From Candidatus Dormiibacterota bacterium (lineage in GTDB: Bacteria; Chloroflexota; Dormibacteria; Aeolococcales; Aeolococcaceae), in NCBI GenBank assembly GCA_049582105.1, contig JBAUTG010000091.1, positions 13,903 to 77,902 on the forward strand: a stretch of 64,000 nt of DNA, given 5' to 3'. Position 1 is the stretch's first letter; each line of letters begins with the position of its first letter. Positions 38,380 to 48,496 of this stretch are shown here, piece after piece. Both the position numbers and the translations under genes were made by a program. The notes below the pieces were generated by a model. It made no database searches and was not told where the DNA came from. It worked only from the letters and a program-made list of their open reading frames with translations.

Positions 38380-39816
38380 ATGTCTGAGCCCCAGCCACCG
38401 CCGCGGGCCACGCGCAGGATCCTCACCGAACCGCGAAGGCCCGCGTGGATCCGCGAGAGCCCCTCGGCACCCTGGCTGGCGGTCGGCACCGTCTGCGTCG
38501 GGGCGTTCATGGGCCAGCTCGACGCGAGCATCGTCTCGGCCGCCCTGCCCTTCCTGCAATCCAACTTCCACGCCTCGATCGCCGCTGTGGAGTGGGTGGT
38601 GCTCGTCTACGTGCTCGTCCTTGCCGGCACCGTCGCGGCGGTCGGCAAGGTCGCCGACCGGATCGGCCGCAAGCTCCTGTACACCTACGGCTTCGGCATC
38701 TTCGTCGCCGGCTCAGCCGCGTGCGCGCTCGCGCCGTCACTGGGCCTGCTCGTCGTTGCGCGGGTCGTCCAGGCGATCGGCGCGGTGATGCTCCAGGCGA
38801 ATTCCTATGCGCTGATCCGCGACGTCCTTCCATCCGAGCGCCTCGGCACCGGCCTGGGGGTCCAGGGAGCGGCCCAGGCGGTCGGGTTGAGCGTCGGACC
38901 GGTGCTCGGCGGCGTCCTCACCGCGCTCGGAGGCTGGCGGTTGATCTTCATCGTCAACGTGCCGATCGGCCTGATCGGCCTGACGCTCGGATGGTTTCTT
39001 CTCCCACGGAGCACGCATCGCGACCCGGCGAGCCGCATCGACGTCCGAGGCACCGTGCTCCTCGCCGCGATCCCCTCCGCCGGCCTCGCGGCTCTGTCGC
39101 TCGCAGCCCAGCCGGGCACGCCCGCGTGGACCGTGCCGGCGCTCGTGGTCCTCGCCGTCCTGCTCATCGCCGTCGCATACGCGCGCCAGCGTCTCGCCCC
39201 GGGTGCGGTCATCGACTCCCTGCTCATCCGGATACCACCGTTCATCGCGGGCATCAGCGCCGCGCTCCTCTCGTACGCCGTCCTCTTCAGCTGCCTCGTG
39301 GCCGTGCCCTTCTTCCTTTCGAATGAGCGGCACCTCGGCCCGGCGGCGATTGGGCTCGAACTCACCGCACTCCCCCTGGCTCTCGCCGTTGTGGCCCCCC
39401 TGGGTGGGCTGATTCGCGACCGCGCCGGCCCTCGCCTACCATCGGGGCTCGGGATGGCCATGACCGCCCTGGGGATGGGCATCCTCGCCCTTGCCACCAC
39501 CCACGCGGAGCTCACCGTGCTCGCGCTCGCCGTCGCGGGAGCCGGGTTGGGCCTCTTCATCCCGGCGAACAACGCGGCCACGATGAGCGCTGCGCCTCCC
39601 GAGCGTGGTGGCGCCGCCGGTGGCCTCCTGAACATGTCCCGCGGTCTCGGCACGGCGGTCGGGGTCACCGTGACGTCGATCTCGTTCGCGGCCGGGCGTG
39701 GGCTGATCACCGTCTCGCTGTTGATGCTCGCGGTGTCGATCGCCGCAGGGATCATCGGCGTCGCCTGGGGCGCGACGTCGTCTCGCATTGCCCGTGTGGG
39801 CGAGGGGTTCGGTTAG
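38380..39816 (+). CDS. MFS transporter, DHA2 (14-TMS) family
   Basis: 14 predicted TM segments and MFS motif A-like GRKLLY. Confidence 0.8.
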   Translation: MSEPQPPPRATRRILTEPRRPAWIRESPSAPWLAVGTVCVGAFMGQLDASIVSAALPFLQSNFHASIAAVEWVVLVYVLVLAGTVAAVGKVADRIGRKLLYTYGFGIFVAGSAACALAPSLGLLVVARVVQAIGAVMLQANSYALIRDVLPSERLGTGLGVQGAAQAVGLSVGPVLGGVLTALGGWRLIFIVNVPIGLIGLTLGWFLLPRSTHRDPASRIDVRGTVLLAAIPSAGLAALSLAAQPGTPAWTVPALVVLAVLLIAVAYARQRLAPGAVIDSLLIRIPPFIAGISAALLSYAVLFSCLVAVPFFLSNERHLGPAAIGLELTALPLALAVVAPLGGLIRDRAGPRLPSGLGMAMTALGMGILALATTHAELTVLALAVAGAGLGLFIPANNAATMSAAPPERGGAAGGLLNMSRGLGTAVGVTVTSISFAAGRGLITVSLLMLAVSIAAGIIGVAWGATSSRIARVGEGFG

Positions 39817-40883
39817 CCGGCTGCGACCGTGTCCGTCGTGAGGTACCAGCGCGCGGGCCCCTGTCCCACCCGCTTCGCCCGGCCGGATCGCTCGAGCAGG
39901 ACAAGGTGCGCCAGCGTCTCACCGACCGCGGCGCGGCGCATGAAGCCCTTGATCTCCGTCCAGTCGCGCGACCAGCGCAGGCGCAGCGTCACGTCCCAGC
40001 AGGTGGCGCCCGGTGATTTCGTGAGCACCGCCTCGGTCTCCTCGAGCCGGTGCCGGTGGTGATCGCGCAGCTCGTCGACGCGAGCGTCGAGGCCCCGGAA
40101 GCGCCACTCGTGGGCGGGGAGCACCTCGTCGATGTCGAGATCGCGGACCTTGCCGAGCGAGTCGAGGAAGTCCGCCAGGGGGTTGTCGGGCTGCTGGACG
40201 TGGACCGCGACGCTGGGGCTGATGCGCGGGAGGACGTGATCCCCGCTGAAGAGGAGGTGCCTCCCCGCATCGTGGAAGCAGACGTGCCCGGGGGAGTGGC
40301 CGGGCGTGTGGAGCGTCACCAGGTCCCAGCCGGGAAGCGCCACCGCGACCCGGTCCTCGAGGAGCACGTCGGGCTCCGCAGCGGCCACGAACTCGCGAAT
40401 GCCCATCGAGGCCCCGGTGAGCTCGTCACGCGTCTCCTCGGGGACGCCGGCGTCGACGAGCATTGCCGCCATCCCGGCCAGCAACTCGTCGATACCGTGG
40501 CCGTATCGCGCCGGGATGAGCGCGGCGTCGGCCGGATGCAGCGCGATCCATGCCCCGGACGCGTCGCGCAGCCGGCCCGCGAGCCCGTAGTGATCCGGGT
40601 GGATGTGGGTGATGAGGATCGAGCGCACATCCGCGGGGGCGTAGCCGGCGACCTTCATCCCCGCGACGAGTGCCGTCCAGGCCTCATCGGTGCTCCAGCC
40701 GGTGTCGATCACGGCGAGGCCGTTGTCGAGCTCGAGGAGGTAGACGAGCACGTACCGGAGCGGGTTGTCGGGCAGCGGAACGGGCACGGACCAGAGCCCG
40801 GGACGGACCCGCTCGACGAGCGGCAGGCCCGGCGTCTCCCACGAGCGACGCTGTGCGGTCCCGGTGACCTCGATCCCTGCCAT
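39813..40883 (-). CDS. MBL-fold metallo-hydrolase with C-terminal winged-helix-like extension
   Basis: ITHIHPDHYG metal-binding motif and HTPGHSPGH motif. Confidence 0.7.
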   Translation of the reverse strand: MAGIEVTGTAQRRSWETPGLPLVERVRPGLWSVPVPLPDNPLRYVLVYLLELDNGLAVIDTGWSTDEAWTALVAGMKVAGYAPADVRSILITHIHPDHYGLAGRLRDASGAWIALHPADAALIPARYGHGIDELLAGMAAMLVDAGVPEETRDELTGASMGIREFVAAAEPDVLLEDRVAVALPGWDLVTLHTPGHSPGHVCFHDAGRHLLFSGDHVLPRISPSVAVHVQQPDNPLADFLDSLGKVRDLDIDEVLPAHEWRFRGLDARVDELRDHHRHRLEETEAVLTKSPGATCWDVTLRLRWSRDWTEIKGFMRRAAVGETLAHLVLLERSGRAKRVGQGPARWYLTTDTVAAG

Positions 40884-40892
40884 GAGCCGGCG

Positions 40893-41705
40893 TCAGCCGC
40901 CGATCGGATTGGCGGCGAGGTGATCGAGCACGACGTCCGACACGTCGTCCCAGTGCTCGTCGGGGATCCAGTGAGACCCGCCCTCGAGCTCGAGGAGGTG
41001 GTAGTCCCCGATGCAGTACCGGGCGGTGAGCTCGGTGGCATCGCGCGTGAACGCGGGATCGCGATCGCCCCAGATGTGCAGCACGGGAATCGAGACGGGC
41101 TCCGAGTGCACCGGCTCGGTCCCGAGCGCCCGGTACCAGTTGAGCGCGCCGGTCGGCCCCAGCTCGCGCAGGGCGGTGACGTCGCGATGAGCGTGTGCCG
41201 GGCTGAGGCCGGTCACCGTCAGCAGCGACTCCACCGGCACGCCACGCGCGGCATCGAAGATCGCCTCGGGCACCAACGGGAGGCGCAGGATCGGGATGTA
41301 CGCCATCTGCATTCTCTGGCGCGGTCGTTGGAGGGCCACGCGGAGCGCGGCGGTGTGCGCGGTCGACACGGCGACGAGCGAAGCGACCCTTCGGGGGTGC
41401 TCGCCGGCGAGTGCCCACGCGACGGTCCCACCCCAGTCGTGGCCCATGAGGTGGAAGCGCTCACGCCCCAGGGCGGACGCGATGGCGAGCACGTCGTCGC
41501 AGAGCTCGCTGACGCGGTACGAGTCGATGCCCTCCGGCATCGCTCCCGCCGAATAGCCACGCTGACTGACCGCCACCGCGCGGTATCCGGCGGCGGCGAG
41601 CGACGACAGCGCGTTGTGCCAGCAGGTCGCCGTCTGCGGAAACCCGTGCAGGAGCAGCACCAGCTCGCCATCGTTCGGCCCGGCAGTGAGCGCGTCAAAG
41701 CGCAT
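40893..41705 (-). CDS. Alpha/beta hydrolase (epoxide-hydrolase/haloalkane-dehalogenase-like)
   Basis: HGFPQT, GHDWGG nucleophile elbow and C-terminal His. Internal ATG start (MRFDALTAG). Confidence 0.7.
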   Translation of the reverse strand: MRFDALTAGPNDGELVLLLHGFPQTATCWHNALSSLAAAGYRAVAVSQRGYSAGAMPEGIDSYRVSELCDDVLAIASALGRERFHLMGHDWGGTVAWALAGEHPRRVASLVAVSTAHTAALRVALQRPRQRMQMAYIPILRLPLVPEAIFDAARGVPVESLLTVTGLSPAHAHRDVTALRELGPTGALNWYRALGTEPVHSEPVSIPVLHIWGDRDPAFTRDATELTARYCIGDYHLLELEGGSHWIPDEHWDDVSDVVLDHLAANPIGG

Positions 41706-41811
41706 GCCGTTCGCCGCGATCGTCGTGTGTCTCACCGCCACCTGATTGAGCCTAGCAGGCGGCCGTTGCCGGACTCCCGTCGGAGGCCGGTTCCGGCACC
41801 ATGCGCGGGTG

Positions 41812-42609
41812 ACCGATGCGCTCTTCACTCCCGAAGGCAACGGCCGCTTCATTCCGAGCGAGCACACACGCGGCCCGTGGGATCCCGCGGCGATGCACGG
41901 CGGTGCGCCGTCGGCATTGCTCGGCGGCGTGATGGAGTCGTTGCCCACCGAGACGCCCATGGCCGTGGTCCGCACCACTGTCGAGATCTTCCGGCCCGTG
42001 CCTCTCCGCCCCGTCACCGTGTCCGCACGCGTCGAGCGCAGTGGACGGCGCGTGCAGTTGCTGAGCGCAGTGCTTTCGGACGGTGACACCGAGGTGTGCC
42101 GTGCGAGCGCGTGGCGAATGCGCACCACGGACCTCGATGTCGGAGTGCAGCGCGTGCACAGCATGGAGTTCGCAGGCCCCGAGACGTCGACGCCACATGT
42201 GCCGGAGAGTGACAAGCCTGCGTTTCATCGCACCGGGGTCGTGATGCGCTACGCCGTCGGAACGTTCCTCGAGCAGGGTCCGGCCACGGTGTGGATGCGT
42301 CTGACCATGCCCGTCATCGCGGGTGAGTCTCCGTCACCGTTGCAGCGCGCGCTGGCGGCAGCCGACTTCGGCAACGGCGTCAGCTCTGCCGTGCCGTGGG
42401 GTGAGTTCCTGTTCATCAACACGGATCTGACCGTCTACCTCCATCGGCAACCCGAGGGCGAGTGGGTCTGCCTCGACTCCAGCACCGACGTTGACAGTCG
42501 AGGCATCGGCCTCGCGCACAGCCGTCTGTACGACGAGCGCGGGCCGATCGGCCACTCGTTGCAGGCGCTCTTTGTCGACCGGTTGCGAAAGGCGCCGCCC
42601 GGGATCTGA
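41812..42609 (+). CDS. Acyl-CoA thioesterase-like (hotdog fold, TesB family) protein
   Basis: Double hotdog-like layout. The start is uncertain (GTG 41812). Divergent from the hydrolase. Confidence 0.45.
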   Translation, partial: TDALFTPEGNGRFIPSEHTRGPWDPAAMHGGAPSALLGGVMESLPTETPMAVVRTTVEIFRPVPLRPVTVSARVERSGRRVQLLSAVLSDGDTEVCRASAWRMRTTDLDVGVQRVHSMEFAGPETSTPHVPESDKPAFHRTGVVMRYAVGTFLEQGPATVWMRLTMPVIAGESPSPLQRALAAADFGNGVSSAVPWGEFLFINTDLTVYLHRQPEGEWVCLDSSTDVDSRGIGLAHSRLYDERGPIGHSLQALFVDRLRKAPPGI

Positions 42610-42752
42610 TCAGCGCGAACCAGGCTCCAGTCCAGTCATCGGTTGACCTACCTGGCGAATCCGTGCCGGACTCACGAACGCTTCAGTCGCGTAACCCGAA
42701 GAAAGGGGTGGCGTTCCACGAGCACACGCCGAAGCATGAAGGGAATGAATCG

Positions 42753-43907
42753 ATGCGGATCCAACGAACGGCTCTGGTGACCGCCGGGGCAGTTGGCCTT
42801 GCAGCCTGCGGAGCGACGTCGTCACCGACGGTATCGTCGCCATCACCAAGCGCGACGGTCGCCGCGACACCCTCCCCCACGCCGGCACGCCCCTCGTTCG
42901 AGCCGCTCCTCCTCGGATTCCCCGACACCGACTCCGAGGTGGCGATGTTGATGCTGGCGAGCGGAAAGACGACTGCCCCGATGCCCTCGGGGCCGGTCGT
43001 CGGCGGTGTCGGAACATTGGCGATCTACGGTCCGTTCGGCGCTCGAATGATCGGGACCGACGGTCAACCGGGCGGGTCTTCGTCGAGAGGACCGGTTTCC
43101 ATCGTCGCGCTGTCGTCCGATGGCACCCTCACCACACTCGAGAAGAACATCCCGGGATCCCGGTCGGTGGTGGGCCGTGATGATGGTCAGGCGTGGGCTT
43201 GGGACGTGCAAACCAACACGCCGGTCTGCGGGTCGTCAACGGCTGCGAGCTTCGACATCTACACCGACGACGGTACTGGAGCAAGAAAGGTCGGCAGTGC
43301 GTCGTTCGGCGCGGGGGTCACGCAGGTCCGTCTTGTATCGTGGACGTCTGCCGGCATCGTCGCGCAGGGGGACAACGACTGCGGCGGTCCCGGTCACCCG
43401 TCGACACTGGCGATCCGGCCGGCCATCCTCATTGATTCCGCGACCGGCGCGGCCACGGCTCTGGCTTCTCGCATCGGTGCGGACTGCAACTTCGAAGGCA
43501 TCGCCGACGACGGAACCATGGTATGTTCCGTCGCCGCGTCCGCACCGGCGCTTCGGGTCATCGCGCCCGACGGCACGCAGACCAACTACAGCATTTCGAC
43601 ATTGACCGCACAGGGCAGCAGCCTTCCCCGCTGTATCGACGGCGCTCTGCTCTCGGTCGATGCCCATCTCGCAGCAGTTGCTCTCTCGTGCCCGGGGACA
43701 GGCGTTGAAGGCCTCGTGATCCTGGACCTGACGAGCGGCCATGTGGCCGTGGTCACCGGCAACAGCTTGTTGACCCCAACACTCTGGACGCCGGACGACG
43801 TCCTGGTCGCATCCAGGCTCGGCGCTCACGAGACGTACTCGGTTGCGACTTCAGGTATGGCAACGCTCATCAATTCGAAATATGCAGCCCAAACCAGCGT
43901 CAACTGA
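42753..43907 (+). CDS. Secreted lipoprotein, hypothetical (beta-rich)
   Basis: Signal peptide with lipobox LAACGA. Ser/Thr/Gly-rich beta-type sequence. I recognise no family. Confidence 0.5.
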   Translation: MRIQRTALVTAGAVGLAACGATSSPTVSSPSPSATVAATPSPTPARPSFEPLLLGFPDTDSEVAMLMLASGKTTAPMPSGPVVGGVGTLAIYGPFGARMIGTDGQPGGSSSRGPVSIVALSSDGTLTTLEKNIPGSRSVVGRDDGQAWAWDVQTNTPVCGSSTAASFDIYTDDGTGARKVGSASFGAGVTQVRLVSWTSAGIVAQGDNDCGGPGHPSTLAIRPAILIDSATGAATALASRIGADCNFEGIADDGTMVCSVAASAPALRVIAPDGTQTNYSISTLTAQGSSLPRCIDGALLSVDAHLAAVALSCPGTGVEGLVILDLTSGHVAVVTGNSLLTPTLWTPDDVLVASRLGAHETYSVATSGMATLINSKYAAQTSVN

Positions 43908-43976
43908 TGCATGAGGTCCGCTGACAGTTTCTCGCCAACGCCACGCGTGGGGCATCCGCCCCACTGGTCCCGCGCT

Positions 43977-44693
43977 TCAGCTGCCGAGGAGGCTCTGCAC
44001 GCGCGGGTCGTCGCGGATCGGCTCGATGTCCGGATCGGCTGCGGCCCACGCCCGCAGGTCGGGCTGGGCGCGCAGGGCGCTGCTGAACAGAGGGAGTGCC
44101 TCCTCGACACGCCGGTTGCGCGCGTAGAAGCAGGCGAGGTTGTAGTCGGCGACAACGCGATCCTCGGCGTCGGGGAAGAGATCGACCTCCAGCGTGTGCG
44201 CCCAGACCGCCGCGTCCTCCGCAGCAGCTACATCGCCCTGGTCGATGTACCAGTACGAGAGGTGCTGGGCGACATGGGCGTGGCCGTTGCCCGGAACAAT
44301 GCGCCAGACCGCACCGCCGTTGCCGGGTCGCTCACGGCGAAGCTCGTCGTCGGTGCACGCCGCAACAGCCGCCATCAGCGCGGCGTACGTCGTGTCGTGA
44401 GCGGCGCGGACCGATGCGGCGGAATCCGTGCGGTGCGCTGCGTGGATCTCCGCGTTGGTGTCATCGATGTTGCGATCCTCCAGCGGGCCCTCGAGTGGCT
44501 TGCCGGCGTGCACGGCGTCGAGCGTCCGCACCGCGTGCTCGCGCCAGTGGTTGAGATGCGCGACGTTGTCCTTTGCGGTCCAGCGGTCGTCGGGTGCGGG
44601 AACGTCGTCGCAGCGATCGAGCAACACCTGCTCGCGCACGCGCGCAGCCTCGAGCGTGGTGAGCAGCCGGTCGCGCAGGGTGGAGTCGGTCAC
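43977..44693 (-). CDS. DinB_2/mycothiol-maleylpyruvate-isomerase-N-domain family protein with C-terminal TPR-like region
   Basis: NVAHLNHWREH and GHAHVAQHL His motifs. C-terminal TPR-like helical repeat. Immediately downstream of the nuclease-helicase gene. Confidence 0.45.
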   Translation of the reverse strand: MTDSTLRDRLLTTLEAARVREQVLLDRCDDVPAPDDRWTAKDNVAHLNHWREHAVRTLDAVHAGKPLEGPLEDRNIDDTNAEIHAAHRTDSAASVRAAHDTTYAALMAAVAACTDDELRRERPGNGGAVWRIVPGNGHAHVAQHLSYWYIDQGDVAAAEDAAVWAHTLEVDLFPDAEDRVVADYNLACFYARNRRVEEALPLFSSALRAQPDLRAWAAADPDIEPIRDDPRVQSLLGS

Positions 44694-47600
44694 GCGGTCA
44701 GCATAACGACGTTCGGCGTGGTGGCAGCCCACGGCTCTGCCATGGCAACGAACCGGCAGAGCGCATTCACCAGTCGCATCTGTTCGGGCGTGTGGCAGCG
44801 GGCGCGCAGCAGCTCAGGGGAGCACACGAGGATGGACAGTGCCCGCGCGCGCGACACCGCCACATTGAGTCGATTGAGGCTGAAGAGGAACTCCAGGTTG
44901 CGCGGCAGGTCCTCGACACTCGATGTCGCCATCGAGAAGATGCTCACGGCGGCCTCCTGGCCCTGAAAGCGATCAACGGTGCCGACTCGCGCACCGGGTG
45001 GGAGTGCTGCGACGAGACACGCGACGTGCGCGTTGTACGGTGCCACCACAACGATGTCGTCCAGTGTCAACCGACGCTCCTCCCCGCGATCCGAACGCCA
45101 GGTTCCGCGGGTCAGGTGCTCGATGATCTCGCGAACCCGCTGCGCCTCCTCGTCGGACCGGACGCGGTCTCCTGCGTGCTCGACGAACGCATGGCGGAGC
45201 CCCGTCATCGCGACGCCGTCCTGGAGCACCGCCTGGCGCGCGCACTGGGGCTCGGAGCCGAGCCGGCTCTCGTAGAAGGAACGCGAGATGAACGCGCTGA
45301 CGTCAGGGTGCATTCGCCACGTGAGGTCGAGCAGCACGCCGCGATCGGGCGCGATGGTGGCGTCCCCGCCGAGCAGGTGCTCGAGCGCCGACACGCCGAC
45401 TCCCGGTGGATGGCTGCCCTGCAGCGGCTGCGCGAGCTGTTGGGGATCGCCGACGAGGACCAGGTTCCGCGCGGCACGCGAGACGGCGAGCGCGTCGGAC
45501 AGTGACAGCTGACCGGCCTCGTCGACGACGAGCGTGTCGAACATTCCCTCGAGCACGGGGCGCGAGAACAGCCACGACGTACCGCCGACAATGTCGACGG
45601 CATCGTCGGCCAGGGCTTTCTCGACATCGAGCGGAGACCGCGCCATGCGGATGGCATCGGTCCCGGCTGTCGACGAGCGCTGGTGGATCATCCGGGGCAT
45701 CCGGCCGAGCGCGGGCGCGAGCTCCTCGATCTTGCCCATCAGGGTGCGGATCGCGCTGTGCGAAAGGGCGGTGATCCCGATCGGACCGCGTCCGTGGTCG
45801 AGCAGCGCCAGGATCGCCTCCGCCGCGGTGTGGGTCTTGCCCGCGCCCGGCGGTCCCTGAATCGGCAGGCATCCCGCGTTCAGGTCGAGGATCAGCCGCA
45901 CCGCTGTCGCCGGGGCGGCCTCGCCGGCGAGACGCAGCTCGCCGTCGTGTGGCGTGCTCAGGCGGGGCGGGAGACGCATCAGCAGATCGCGCCCGGCCCG
46001 CCGCGGACCCGGCGCGTCGACGCCGTTGGCGACCACCCAGCGCGCGAGATCGAGCAGCGACTCCTCCTGGACGTCGGTCTGGATGGGCGTCGTCGGGATG
46101 AGAAAGCGCGGAGGCCCCCACGCCATCTGCGACGGCGTGCGAGACAGCGTGATCTCCCCTCGAGCGGAGTCGAGGTCGGTCACCTCGCCGGCTGACGCCG
46201 CATACCCTTTGTCGTTGCGCGCCCGGGGATTGAGCGGACTGTCGTCCTTGCCGATTCGATGCTCCTGCGGCTCGAAGCTGAAGCGCTCGATGACACGCCG
46301 GCCGTCATCGCGCGAACCGATCTGCTCCAGCGGTCCCAGCGCGTAGGTGTCGCGTTCGAGCTCTTCGTCGGTCATCGAAAGCTGATCGAAGTGACGCCAC
46401 CACCCCACCTTGTTCTCTCGGCGGTGATACGAGAGCACCGGCGCGAGAAGCCACGTCGCCTGTTCAGTGGCCGTCCGTTGCTCCGCGACAACCGGAACGC
46501 CTGCGACAAGCGCGACGGCAACCTCCTGCGTGTCCACGACTTTCTCGTGAACCGCCTCCGGAGCGCCACGATCCATCGCTTCCGGTCGTTCCACGGGAGC
46601 GCCTCGGAGCCGCTCCTCCTCGGCCCGGCGTGCCTCGAGCCACGCGCGGAGCTGCACCGTCGATGCACAGTCGCGCTCGTTGTAGAGCGCGATCTCGTCG
46701 AGCAGGCTGCCGTCGCCGCCGCCACCATCCTCACGGCTCGTCAGCCAGCGCTCGTACATGACCATGCTGCCCGCCGCGTCGGCGATCGACTCCGCGCGGG
46801 CCGGCATGTACAGGCGCTCCACCTTCTTGAGCGAATACGAGTCGGTGGACAGCCTGATTCCCTGACGTACCACGCGATACAGGTCGACGAGCACCTCGTT
46901 GCGGAGCAGGCGATCCACCTCCTCCTCGCGAGTGCCGTGACGGCTCATGAGCCTGCGCAGCGCGGTCTTCTCGTACGCGGCGTAGTGATAGATGTGCATG
47001 TCCGGATGGCGCTCGAGCCGGGCGATTGCGAAGTCGACGAATTGCTCGAACGCGCGCTTCTCGCCCGCGTCGTCGTGCCCCCACCACGGGTGGTAGGTGC
47101 CGTCCATGTCGACCGCGCCGAAGAGGTACTCGAGGGGCACGTCCCGCGCAAGCCCGTCCCCCTCCATGTCGAAGAACAGGTCACCCGCCGACGGCCGCGG
47201 CAGTGCGCAGAGACCGTGCCCGACCTCCCATGCGTCGAGCAGCTCGTATCGCGGAGCGCCGTCGGGGTTGGAGCCCTGATGTTGCAGCACCGCCTGCGCG
47301 CGCAACGATTTGAACGTCTCGGCCTGCATGCGTCCGGGGGGATCGGTGTCGGTGCTCGCCACCGCGAGCGCGGTCATGGTGCCGATGCCGGCGAGCTGCA
47401 GCGCCTGCACCTGGCTTGATCGCATGCGCGCGACCTGCGAGAGGTGATCGTCGTGCTTGCGCTGCGCGGCGCAACGCGCGGCGAAGCCACAGGTGTTGCA
47501 GTGCTCCACCGGATCGGGGTACGTCTCGTCGAGCCCCTCGAGCAGCGCCACGTCGAAATCCCGTTTGACCGTTGCGTGGTACGCGGAGAACTCGTCGAGA

Positions 47601-48160
47601 CGGTAGGAGTGCTCGGTGCGGTCACCGAGGATCACATGCATCGAGCGCGGAGCCGTCCCCTGCAAACGCTCGAGATGCGCCGAGTACTCGCAGAGCTGGA
47701 GCAGCGCCTCGGAGCGGACCCGGCGCGCGAGTTTTGCATCGGCCGCCTCGTACGAGTACCCCCACCAGGCGCTCGGAGTCTTCACGCGCATGAGGAAGTC
47801 GGCCCGGCCGAGCCATCGGCCATCGAAGAAGGTCGGCTGGTAGATGACGTCATAACCGTCACGCATCGCGTCGACGGTCTCCGCCTCGAGCGCGCGGAGA
47901 TCCGCGGCCGAGCTCGCGTTCCGGTCGCGGCCGTCTTCGAAGGCTTTGATCCGCAGCCCGCGCGCCATCAGCGCCTCAAGGTGGTGCTGCTCGTGTCCGG
48001 CGCCGAGATTCGCGAGCACCTCGCTGAGCGCCGACTGATCACGAGGAATCTGCTCACCTGCCGCGACGCGCCGCTTGAGCGTGACCAGGTGGCCGCACGC
48101 CAGGTAGTCGCAGAGGTCGGTCGCCGTGTAGACGGGAGTCCCGTCCTGGAGGAACCGCAT
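44690..48160 (-). CDS. RecB-like PD-(D/E)xK nuclease / RNase H-like domain / SF1B (Dna2/Upf1-like) helicase fusion protein
   Basis: N-terminal TM0106-family RecB-like nuclease with a C-terminal Cys cluster (CNTCGFAARC). Middle RNase-H-like domain (DMEGD...YHYAAYEKTALRRL). C-terminal AAA_11/AAA_12 helicase with motif I GPPGAGKTHT, motif II VVDEAGQ, and motifs V/VI VDRFQGQE / NVAVSRAR. Confidence 0.75.
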   Translation of the reverse strand: MRFLQDGTPVYTATDLCDYLACGHLVTLKRRVAAGEQIPRDQSALSEVLANLGAGHEQHHLEALMARGLRIKAFEDGRDRNASSAADLRALEAETVDAMRDGYDVIYQPTFFDGRWLGRADFLMRVKTPSAWWGYSYEAADAKLARRVRSEALLQLCEYSAHLERLQGTAPRSMHVILGDRTEHSYRLDEFSAYHATVKRDFDVALLEGLDETYPDPVEHCNTCGFAARCAAQRKHDDHLSQVARMRSSQVQALQLAGIGTMTALAVASTDTDPPGRMQAETFKSLRAQAVLQHQGSNPDGAPRYELLDAWEVGHGLCALPRPSAGDLFFDMEGDGLARDVPLEYLFGAVDMDGTYHPWWGHDDAGEKRAFEQFVDFAIARLERHPDMHIYHYAAYEKTALRRLMSRHGTREEEVDRLLRNEVLVDLYRVVRQGIRLSTDSYSLKKVERLYMPARAESIADAAGSMVMYERWLTSREDGGGGDGSLLDEIALYNERDCASTVQLRAWLEARRAEEERLRGAPVERPEAMDRGAPEAVHEKVVDTQEVAVALVAGVPVVAEQRTATEQATWLLAPVLSYHRRENKVGWWRHFDQLSMTDEELERDTYALGPLEQIGSRDDGRRVIERFSFEPQEHRIGKDDSPLNPRARNDKGYAASAGEVTDLDSARGEITLSRTPSQMAWGPPRFLIPTTPIQTDVQEESLLDLARWVVANGVDAPGPRRAGRDLLMRLPPRLSTPHDGELRLAGEAAPATAVRLILDLNAGCLPIQGPPGAGKTHTAAEAILALLDHGRGPIGITALSHSAIRTLMGKIEELAPALGRMPRMIHQRSSTAGTDAIRMARSPLDVEKALADDAVDIVGGTSWLFSRPVLEGMFDTLVVDEAGQLSLSDALAVSRAARNLVLVGDPQQLAQPLQGSHPPGVGVSALEHLLGGDATIAPDRGVLLDLTWRMHPDVSAFISRSFYESRLGSEPQCARQAVLQDGVAMTGLRHAFVEHAGDRVRSDEEAQRVREIIEHLTRGTWRSDRGEERRLTLDDIVVVAPYNAHVACLVAALPPGARVGTVDRFQGQEAAVSIFSMATSSVEDLPRNLEFLFSLNRLNVAVSRARALSILVCSPELLRARCHTPEQMRLVNALCRFVAMAEPWAATTPNVVMLTA

Positions 48161-48496
48161 CAGCGAAGCATCCTCGCTCGGAGGCGGCCCCGCTCGCGCG
48201 GCAGCGGGAGGCGGAGCTGGCGAACCGGCGGGCGGCTGGAGCCCGCAGCGCGATCGTGGGACTGGGCGGCACTCGGAGCGGACATCGACTGCCTTGGCAG
48301 CGGGCCGAAGAGATCGCGTCGCTCCTCGATCAGCGCCTCGGCGCGCCGGAGGTAGGAGCCGCGTCCGGGGTTGTCTGCGTCCATGGCCTCAGGATGCCGA
48401 CCGCCCGCGACAGCTGCCTGTCGCGGCGCGAAAGGACGGTCACGGTCTGATAACCGAGCGGATCCGGTCCCGCCCCAGAACCCACACTCACTCTCG